DNA of 36,355 bases from a virus. Both the position numbers and the translations under genes were made by a program. The notes beneath the pieces were generated by a model that did not search any database, had not been told where the DNA came from, and saw nothing but the letters and a program-made list of their open reading frames with translations. Each line of letters starts with the position of its first letter. The first letter of the stretch is position 1. This document shows, piece after piece, positions 30,729-36,355 of this stretch. The DNA lies in IMG/VR virus record IMGVR_UViG_3300021399_000307, positions 1-36,355 of that record. One strand, written 5' to 3'.

Positions 30729-31103
30729 TCTGTTGTATCCAGCCATTCGGTAGTCACTCCGTGACCCGCCGGGGAGGTGGTCGGGATTCCCGCCGTATTG
30801 CCCGCTATTTTTCGATTCTCCGGGCCTTGAATACCGCATCGGTATATTTCCCCAAGCGGACGGGTAATGCGTCTCTATGGCGGGTTTTCGCACATCTTGG
30901 TGCTCCTGCTGGTCTTTCTGTCCCTGCCGGAAGTCGGCCATCGCTTCAAACAGGAAATTGAAGTGATGCTGCTCCCATTCAAGGGTGTCGTAGTTAAATC
31001 GGGTAACGATATAGGACGGCTCGTTCTCGGCCAGCCATTCATTCATCGCAGTCTCAAATTCGAGGTCACTGCGGAATTGGTATCTTGACGGGGCGTAGTT
31101 CAT
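30723..31103 (-). CDS. hypothetical protein (126 aa)
   Basis: Track ORF. ATGA overlap upstream. Confidence 0.5.
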   Translation of the reverse strand: MNYAPSRYQFRSDLEFETAMNEWLAENEPSYIVTRFNYDTLEWEQHHFNFLFEAMADFRQGQKDQQEHQDVRKPAIETHYPSAWGNIPMRYSRPGESKNSGQYGGNPDHLPGGSRSDYRMAGYNRY

Positions 31104-31624
31104 TTTGCGTGGTTTGCTTTGTGGGTTTCGACTGCCCGGGAGATATTCTTCTTCCCGGTTTCGGCTTTCTTTAATTCGTAGGCTTCCCGGCGGGCCTGTA
31201 CGACCTCGGGAAGTTCATCGGATTCCGAACCGCTGGCAAAGGAGTTCATCTTCATCAGCGCGGAGCGGTAGAACAGGTAGGCTTCCTCGCCCTCCGGGGT
31301 AATCTGCTGACCGAGTTCGATAAGGTTCTGCAGACCTTCGAGGGTGTCTCGGAATCGGGCCGGGGAGGAATTAATTAGCAGGGCGTTGTTTCTTACCTCC
31401 GTGCGGAATCTCTTAAATAACTCCACTTGCTCGGTCATTCCCGGATAGACGGCTTCCAAGAGGGTGTCCAGCACCTTCGTAGTGGTGGAGGGCCGGAAAT
31501 CCCCGCCCTTGAAGGGCTTTCCGGGAAGTCGCATTGTGATTTCCTCGGTCTGCCGCCCGGCCTTAATAGTGAATACTATCGAGCGCATCCCGTCGGCGGG
31601 GGCTATATTGGTGCAGGTTCTCAT
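31100..31624 (-). CDS. hypothetical protein (174 aa)
   Basis: Track ORF. ATGA overlap upstream. Confidence 0.5.
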   Translation of the reverse strand: MRTCTNIAPADGMRSIVFTIKAGRQTEEITMRLPGKPFKGGDFRPSTTTKVLDTLLEAVYPGMTEQVELFKRFRTEVRNNALLINSSPARFRDTLEGLQNLIELGQQITPEGEEAYLFYRSALMKMNSFASGSESDELPEVVQARREAYELKKAETGKKNISRAVETHKANHAK

Positions 31625-31830
31625 AAGACAATCTGGAGGTGCGGGTTATTAATGGCTTGGATGGTGAAAACGCAAGTGCGGTCGTTCTTCCGTGCGAGGT
31701 CTGCGATCTCCTTCGCGGCGTACCCGGCGATGGCGTAGCAGTCAAGGTTCACAAGGATATTCCCGCTCTTTTCCTCAAAGGAAATGTTATCCGCTTGCCC
31801 GGCAAGGATTCTTCGTATCTCGTTTTTCAT
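31621..31830 (-). CDS. hypothetical protein (69 aa)
   Basis: Track ORF with its ATG at 31830 (the track start at 31836 is TTG). Confidence 0.45.
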   Translation of the reverse strand: MKNEIRRILAGQADNISFEEKSGNILVNLDCYAIAGYAAKEIADLARKNDRTCVFTIQAINNPHLQIVL

Positions 31831-31832
31831 TT

Positions 31833-31997
31833 TCAATACTTTTCAATCCAATGCGTATTTATCTTAATGAGGGAGATTGCACCTGCGTACAGGAGCGGGA
31901 AGGCAACCAGCCAAACGACCCACCAGCGGGCGATGACGGAGAGGGCAAGCCCCGCAATGATTGCGAGAACTGCGAGAGTGTTACAAATCTTTTTCAT
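31833..31997 (-). CDS. small two-helix membrane protein (54 aa)
   Basis: Own translation: MKKICNTLAVLAIIAGLALSVIARWWVVWLVAFPLLYAGAISLIKINTHWIEKY. ATGA overlap with the upstream stop. Confidence 0.45.
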   Translation of the reverse strand: MKKICNTLAVLAIIAGLALSVIARWWVVWLVAFPLLYAGAISLIKINTHWIEKY

Positions 31998-32251
31998 AAG
32001 GTATGAGTATTAAGGAGTTGTGCTTTTCTTGTGTCCTCGGCCTTGCAAGCGAGGATGTCCGCGACCCGGTAGAACTTCGTCCCGGCGTGGCCTTTCTCCG
32101 TGTGTACAGGGGTGATTCTTCCGGCCTTGACGAGTTCCACAAAGTAACCCCCGTAGACCTTTTTGGCCTGCCGCTGGGACATTTCCCCGGCAGTTAATCC
32201 CAGTTGTTCAAGGACAACTGCCACCACCTGTGCAACCTCGGAATTATTCAT
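31994..32251 (-). CDS. HTH_17 / excisionase-family DNA-binding protein
   Basis: Track ORF of 85 aa. LTAGEMSQRQAKKVYGGYFVELVKAGRITPV...KFYRVADI fits the MerR-like Xis/AlpA pattern. Its last codons are copy 4 of the intercistronic element. Confidence 0.4.
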   Translation of the reverse strand: MNNSEVAQVVAVVLEQLGLTAGEMSQRQAKKVYGGYFVELVKAGRITPVHTEKGHAGTKFYRVADILACKAEDTRKAQLLNTHTL

Positions 32252-32426
32252 AGCGGTTTACGATAAACGTGTCACCCTTCTTGCTGACCGAGAAGGTCTT
32301 GTCGCAAAGGTTGGCGATAGTCGAGCAGGTGTTCCGCAAAGTCCCTTCGTGGACACCCCGGAAGATAATCTGCCCGCCCTTCTGCAAGGCGATTATCTGA
32401 CTTCTAATCGAGTTCGTTTTTCTCAT
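32244..32426 (-). CDS. first early-leftward gene (60 aa), possible Cro-like regulator
   Basis: Track ORF trimmed to MRKTNSIRSQ (ATG at 32426). It lies directly behind the 32457-32487 promoter and is divergent from the repressor gene. Confidence 0.4.
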   Translation of the reverse strand: MRKTNSIRSQIIALQKGGQIIFRGVHEGTLRNTCSTIANLCDKTFSVSKKGDTFIVNRYE

Positions 32427-32456
32427 ATTTTTTCGTATCATTATGTATTGACAATG

Positions 32457-32487
32457 CAAATATAATTATATTATTTGGAAATCCAAA
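32457..32487 (-). promoter_or_regulatory. early leftward promoter (TTTG-N19-TATATTTG)
   Basis: The -7 box is at 32464-32457 and TTTG at 32487-32484, with a 19-nt spacer. It lies in the 129-nt divergent region facing the repressor gene. Confidence 0.6.
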
Positions 32488-32555
32488 CAACCTTTGCAAA
32501 GAAAATTTGGAAAAATTTGCCCTTATTCGCATAAACGCCATAAAATCAATTCATT

Positions 32556-32939
32556 ATGTCACACGAAGAAAGATTAGAAATTTTGACTTCCATCTATCGG
32601 AAGGCCCTGGGGCTGGGGGTAGTTAAGACAGTCAAGGAGTTTGCAGAGGCTCTTGAAATGAACGTGTCCGGCATATCGTCGGCGCTGAATGGCTCGGAGA
32701 AACATCTAACAAAATCCCTTATCACAAAGGCCCAGCGGTGGGAAGAACGTACCTTTCCCGGCGGGGAACTACCCAAGCAGGAGAAGCGGCCCGATGTCGT
32801 TATCCCCGCCGAAACTCTGGACTTGTATAACAATATGGCGCGGGCCATCGCTGACCTTTCCGATATTCTCCGCCGGGCTGGTATCTCGGTCGGGGTCGGG
32901 TCGAACTTGGAAAAAAACTTCTATCGTAATGGAAAGTGA
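32556..32939 (+). CDS. CI-like lysogeny repressor (XRE-type HTH)
   Basis: Track ORF of 127 aa and the only sizeable plus-strand gene. VKEFAEALEMNVSGISSALNG reads as an HTH. It is divergent from the early operon and adjacent to the integrase region. Confidence 0.6.
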   Translation: MSHEERLEILTSIYRKALGLGVVKTVKEFAEALEMNVSGISSALNGSEKHLTKSLITKAQRWEERTFPGGELPKQEKRPDVVIPAETLDLYNNMARAIADLSDILRRAGISVGVGSNLEKNFYRNGK

Positions 32940-33057
32940 ATCACCCCTCGAAAGGGCCATCCTGGAGTGCCCCGACATTGAGCAACACCCCGAACTCATC
33001 CTCCGTCTGGTAGACCTCCTGTTCCTCCTATCCGATAAGGAACCCGTACAGAGTTAA
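32929..33057 (+). CDS. possible small protein (42 aa) coupled to the repressor
   Basis: Own translation: MESESPLERAILECPDIEQHPELILRLVDLLFLLSDKEPVQS. Its ATG lies inside the last codons of the repressor gene and hairpin 1 follows 3 nt later. Confidence 0.35.
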   Translation: MESESPLERAILECPDIEQHPELILRLVDLLFLLSDKEPVQS

Positions 33058-33060
33058 CGA

Positions 33061-33088
33061 ATACGGGCCGCATCACTGCGGCCCGTAT
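33061..33088 (+). terminator. hairpin 1 (12-bp stem, TCAC loop)
   Basis: atacgggccgca-tcac-tgcggcccgtat, immediately after the plus-strand operon. Confidence 0.5.
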
Positions 33089-33151
33089 CGATGAGAACAA
33101 TCTTAAAAATAAAATGGCTAAACCATTAAGGTTCATTATTAAATAGAACAA

Positions 33152-33171
33152 GGGTCGCATCCCTGCGACCC
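33152..33171. repeat. hairpin 2 (8-bp stem, TCCC loop)
   Basis: gggtcgca-tccc-tgcgaccc, preceded by ttaaatagaac, as hairpin 3 is. Confidence 0.6.
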
Positions 33172-33230
33172 CTGCCATCGAAACCTAAAAAACAATCCAC
33201 AAATGAAAAAGTCTTCATCTTAAAATAGAA

Positions 33231-33256
33231 CCGGGGGTGCATCGCTGCATCCCCGG
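33231..33256 (-). terminator. hairpin 3 (11-bp stem with one G-T pair, TCGC loop), about 85 nt past the integrase stop
   Basis: ccgggggtgca-tcgc-tgcatccccgg, preceded by ttaaaatagaac. Confidence 0.45.
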
Positions 33257-33339
33257 ACTATAACCAATCTAACCCATTAAAACAATGAGAAAAGAAATTC
33301 CCCTGCTTCTATCCATAAATAGACCTTGACCCGATTTTG

Positions 33340-34575
33340 TTACGGCCAGCGGAAAGATTCTATCACCTTCCTGTTCGCGGCGTTCATCAAGTCGAAATCT
33401 CTTTCCGCATAAATATCCGTCATCCGATAGTCCCCAACGTGGCACAGGCACTCATCTATCGTGGCCTTTTCTACACCAAGTTTCCGGGCAATCGTAGCCC
33501 ACGTTTTCCGGGCCGAATAGAAGGAGATATGTTCCGTGTCAGGGAGGTGGTTTTCCGTGGCCCATTCTTTCAACCCGGCGTTCACCCGTGCGGTGCAGCC
33601 GTTACAGGTGGAGTACCGATGCAGGGCCGGGAGCCACCAGCCCGCCGGGCCAGCCTGCAACCTCACAATAATCCCAGCTACTTCGCCGGGCAAATCCACT
33701 TTCATAATCGCCCCGTCTTGTCGCCTGTGTTCAGTTTTGCGGCGGTTATAGACCCAGCGGGATAGTTGGGGTTTGGCGGCGTACATATCCGCGAGATTCG
33801 CGCCCATTGTGGCAAAGGAAAGGAGAAAGATGTCGCGGGCGAAGTCCGGCCCGGAATCAATAACCATCTGCAATTCCTCGGAGGTTAGCGCCCGCGCACC
33901 CTCGGACGGCGGGACGGGCTTGGGGATGGCATCGAACGGGCTGCGCGGAATCAGTATCTTGTCATCGTCATTGTACCTTTGCTTGGCTGCATTAAACAAG
34001 TGGGAGAGTTTGGCCAAGTGCCGGGAACTCGCGCCGCCCTTCCTCGGTTTCCCGGTATCAATCCATTCCCCCGTCCGGGGATTGTATTGCATCTTGGTCT
34101 CCGCGTCGTTCTTCTCCACGAAGTCCAGCAGCAGGGCTTTCGTGATGTCGTTTATATCTATCTCCCTTCTCCCAAGAAACCGCTCGAAGGCCCGGAGTGC
34201 CATATCGTAGGCCCGCCGGGTGCTGGGTGATTTCCGGGACAGGTACGAATCGCTCCACGCGAAGAAGTCCAGCGCGAAGTTTTCCTCCCGCAGTTTGGTA
34301 TGTATGTGCGCCACCACCCTGTCCACATCCCAGCCCTCAATGACGAAAGGGGAGAGGTCGGACACCGTCGCCCGCATCTCCTTTATCAGTTCGTTTGCCC
34401 GGTTGAGTATGTCCGGGGACTTGATATGTAATGACCGGGAAAGGTCTGTCTGCCGGGCTACAAGTGTTGTGGCCAGCCGCCGGGTCTTACCCCGGAACGT
34501 GACGCGAATTTTGACGGGGTATGTGCCGTCCTTCCGGCGGTTGCCGGGGATTACGATGGGTTTGAAGGTTATCAT
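33340..34575 (-). CDS. int: tyrosine recombinase / phage integrase
   Basis: Track ORF trimmed to MITFKPIVIPG (ATG at 34575). It has an arm-binding-type N-terminus (RKDGTYPVKIRVTFRGKTRRL), FYSARKTWAT (H-x-x-R box equivalent) and the C-terminal catalytic context MTDIYAE. Confidence 0.85.
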   Translation of the reverse strand: MITFKPIVIPGNRRKDGTYPVKIRVTFRGKTRRLATTLVARQTDLSRSLHIKSPDILNRANELIKEMRATVSDLSPFVIEGWDVDRVVAHIHTKLREENFALDFFAWSDSYLSRKSPSTRRAYDMALRAFERFLGRREIDINDITKALLLDFVEKNDAETKMQYNPRTGEWIDTGKPRKGGASSRHLAKLSHLFNAAKQRYNDDDKILIPRSPFDAIPKPVPPSEGARALTSEELQMVIDSGPDFARDIFLLSFATMGANLADMYAAKPQLSRWVYNRRKTEHRRQDGAIMKVDLPGEVAGIIVRLQAGPAGWWLPALHRYSTCNGCTARVNAGLKEWATENHLPDTEHISFYSARKTWATIARKLGVEKATIDECLCHVGDYRMTDIYAERDFDLMNAANRKVIESFRWP

Positions 34576-34800
34576 TCTGACAAAATAGTGATAAATTTTG
34601 AATCCATCAAGGGTCACTTTCCCGATTCGGATGGACGGCCATAGGATGGTAGAATAGGATTCCGCGCACGCGCACCCGGGCGCGGGGGAGAGATTAGGTT
34701 AGAATTGCGTTAGCACCCTGCCGGGAGGTTGGGTGCTAACTATTTACGGATTTCGGGCTGGAGAAGTATGACATCATCGTGACCAAAACTGCAAAGAACA

Positions 34801-34830
34801 AGCGGGGCGAACCTCCCGGCCCGGCCCGCT
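34801..34830 (-). terminator. GC-rich hairpin plus T-rich tail after the accessory operon
   Basis: agcggg...cccgct with a GC-rich interior, about 25 nt past the 34854 stop. The minus strand continues TGTTCTTTGCAGTTTT. Confidence 0.4.
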
Positions 34831-34853
34831 CTTTCCTTTAACACTCTCGCGCC

Positions 34854-35081
34854 TTATGAATTACGCGATGGCGCAAAGGTAGTCATTTCTTTTGAATCCG
34901 GCAAGTACCGCCGGAGGAAGGCGTCTACCATCCCGTTGACATCTATTCCGGCATCCCGGAGGTGTTCTCTTGCTTCCCAGCCTTCCGGGGTCAGCATTAT
35001 CGCGGCGGCTTTCTTTCGTCCTGTTCCTTGCAGGGGTCGGCCCGCTCCGGGCCGTGCGCCCCCTCGTTTTGTCTTGCTCAT
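34854..35081 (-). CDS. hypothetical protein with a KRGGARPGAGRP N-terminus
   Basis: Track ORF of 75 aa. Confidence 0.5.
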   Translation of the reverse strand: MSKTKRGGARPGAGRPLQGTGRKKAAAIMLTPEGWEAREHLRDAGIDVNGMVDAFLRRYLPDSKEMTTFAPSRNS

Positions 35082-35120
35082 TTACTTGTCCTCCTTGATT
35101 ATGATTACGCGCACTTTGTC

Positions 35121-35351
35121 TCAATTATTGAACTTGTCAAGGGTGTCGCACCATTCTGGTTCTTTGATATAGATTGAGTTATGGAATCCGCTTTGACCGA
35201 CACGGCCTTCTATCGCATCCTCCAGCATCTTGGCTTTCTGCCACTCCGCTCCGGCGATGAAATCTTCGGCTCTTGTCCCGAAGGGTATTTTATAGATGTT
35301 CTCTGCTGCTTCCTCCAGCCCTTCGGGGAGTTTCTTTTCTGCTTGCGTCAT
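35121..35351 (-). CDS. hypothetical protein (76 aa)
   Basis: Track ORF. It has a FIAGAEWQKAKM motif, common in small Bacteroidales accessory proteins as far as I recall. Confidence 0.5.
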   Translation of the reverse strand: MTQAEKKLPEGLEEAAENIYKIPFGTRAEDFIAGAEWQKAKMLEDAIEGRVGQSGFHNSIYIKEPEWCDTLDKFNN

Positions 35352-35355
35352 ATCC

Positions 35356-35442
35356 TTATTTTTTCAATTGGTCAACAATGTCATCAAGTTTGAGATAAAT
35401 AAGAAATAGCCCACACGCTATTGCGCCAAGTAAAAGTTCCAT
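35356..35442 (-). CDS. possible 28-aa membrane peptide
   Basis: Own translation: MELLLGAIACGLFLIYLKLDDIVDQLKK. It exactly fills the gap between two genes. Confidence 0.3.
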   Translation of the reverse strand: MELLLGAIACGLFLIYLKLDDIVDQLKK

Positions 35443-35446
35443 ATCT

Positions 35447-35815
35447 CTATCTTTTTAAGTGTTCAGCACCCCACTCCGCGAAGTGGCGGGCGCATTTTGT
35501 CATTTGCGTGAATGGCTCAAACTGAATGTCGGCAGCGTGAATAGGCTCAAGATACCTATTGATTTCTTCCTCCAGACTCTTGTTGGGTTCTTCCTCTACC
35601 CTAACACTACAAGCAATCGTGCAATCTCCACACTTCTGCTTGCTGGGAGCTTCTCCATCATAAAGGCATACAGGTTCTTCCGAAAGGGTGTCAAGGAAGG
35701 AAAGGAGGTCATCCAGTGCCCAAATATAACCCTCTGCATTTTGGTAGTTATATTCGCTCGGATTTGTTGATTTCAACCGTTCAATCTCCTTGCGTATCTT
35801 TTCTATCTTGTCCAT
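35447..35815 (-). CDS. hypothetical Cys-containing protein (122 aa)
   Basis: Track ORF. It has CGDCTIAC and a C-terminal ARHFAEWGAEHLK. Confidence 0.5.
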   Translation of the reverse strand: MDKIEKIRKEIERLKSTNPSEYNYQNAEGYIWALDDLLSFLDTLSEEPVCLYDGEAPSKQKCGDCTIACSVRVEEEPNKSLEEEINRYLEPIHAADIQFEPFTQMTKCARHFAEWGAEHLKR

Positions 35816-35817
35816 AT

Positions 35818-36069
35818 CTACATCAGTTTCTTGAGGTTAGCATAAAGATTGGCAAGGAAGTCTGCCATATCATCACAATAATCTTTACGCAATGCTGCTA
35901 TAATAGACGAGAGTCTATCCATCTGCTCCTCGCTGGGCTTCCAAGAAGGACGGAGGGATTTGAGGAAATTAGAATAAGGTGATTTTACAATATCATAATC
36001 TCCCTCCCAACCGCTGACTATTTTGATACACTGCTCCAGTTTGTCCTCATCCTTCTCGCTCCACTCTGC
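35818..36069 (-). pseudogene. out-of-frame 3' continuation of the modular accessory gene
   Basis: Own translation in the -1 frame: AEWSEKDEDKLEQCIKIVSGWEGDYDIVKSPYSNFLKSLRPSWKPSEEQMDRLSSIIAALRKDYCDDMADFLANLYANLKKLM. Its stop lies 2 nt before the ATG at 35815, and it has no start codon of its own until 34 codons from the end. Confidence 0.55.
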
Positions 36070-36355
36070 TTTCTTGCATAGGCCATATTTTCGGGATGAG
36101 TAACTACTTCCTTCTTCCCATCTTCAAACGCTTCGTTTATGTTTTTGAATTCTGATTGAAGTTCGCTCCACTCTGCGGGCTTCTGCTCTTTCTGCTTATT
36201 ACAGCTATAAAGTTCAATTTTCTTAAAATCATCCCAAGTTAGTTTTGCATATCTCTTTCCATTTTCAACCTTAGCGTGAGATGCAAATTGGACTTGGATT
36301 GCTGAAAGCAAATGTTCATTATCAAGAACTTGATGATTTGCTCCAAGATGGTATC
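36018..36355 (-). CDS. modular accessory protein, 3' part in the frame continuous with 94..839 (5' end runs off the right edge)
   Basis: Track ORF 36018..36311, and the frame is open to 36355. The offset of 36135 nt to the left copy is divisible by 3, so the frame matches 1..839. Confidence 0.6.
   Translation of the reverse strand, partial: YHLGANHQVLDNEHLLSAIQVQFASHAKVENGKRYAKLTWDDFKKIELYSCNKQKEQKPAEWSELQSEFKNINEAFEDGKKEVVTHPENMAYARKQSGARRMRTNWSSVSK
36229..36355. repeat. 127-nt exact copy of 94..220 (circular closure overlap)
   Basis: See feature 94..220. Confidence 0.95.

Noticed and set aside
32940-34853. A tRNA or tRNA-fragment attP core next to the integrase.
   Set aside because: No cloverleaf-compatible sequence or GTTCGAAT-type T-arm was seen. 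The hairpins have 4-nt loops and 8-12-bp stems, unlike tRNA arms.
20993-36085. Homopolymer sequencing error as a blanket explanation for all frame changes.
   Set aside because: It cannot produce the 17-, 49- and 50-nt segments. It remains possible for the U9 run, the CCC at about 2165, the A4 at about 2885 and the AAAG at about 36078, which is why read-level checks are listed.
1-36355. The terminal similarity read as attL/attR of an integrated prophage, or as two tandem paralogues.
   Set aside because: The overlap is exactly 127 nt and keeps one ORF in frame across the junction. The integrase is internal with phage genes on both sides, and no host-like genes are present. Circular closure plus an allelic branch explains it better, though paralogues cannot be excluded without reads.

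Overview
The window is essentially one complete, tightly packed genome of a temperate tailed phage (or an excised prophage). The host is probably a Bacteroidota member: there are three exact TTTG-N19-TAnnTTTG promoters, no Shine-Dalgarno usage, and a Bacteroides-type tyrosine integrase. The last 127 nt (36229-36355) are identical to 94-220, so the sequence closes on itself as a 36,135-bp circle. Positions 1-93 are a divergent alternative branch.

About 65 genes are present, all but two on the minus strand, and many are joined by ATGA/TAATG overlaps. In minus-strand transcription order the modules are:
- accessory genes (36355-34854) and integrase (33340-34575);
- a divergent switch with a plus-strand CI-like repressor (32556-32939) facing the early leftward operon;
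- recombination/replication genes: Rad52-like annealase, replication organiser, SSB-like protein, intein-containing NinG;
- a two-ORF sigma factor, a ParB-like protein and a decayed FolE fragment;
- TerS/TerL and a frameshift-prone 199/250-aa gene, then tail-associated proteins;
- XkdF-like protease-scaffold, major capsid and tube-like protein;
- a promoter-to-terminator moron, then portal, beta-helix tail fibre and lysis genes;
- a separately promoted ArdC plus C5-methyltransferase anti-restriction cassette.

The most notable observations are:
- a LAGLIDADG intein inside the CxxCN core of NinG;
- an ECF-like sigma factor split into coupled sigma-2 and sigma-4 ORFs, together with a TCTATTTCACGG box in front of four late operons;
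- a U9 -1 frameshift site;
- several frame-breaking short insertions confined to non-structural genes.

No rRNA, tRNA or CRISPR array was seen. All functional calls rest on motif recognition by eye; no database search was possible.
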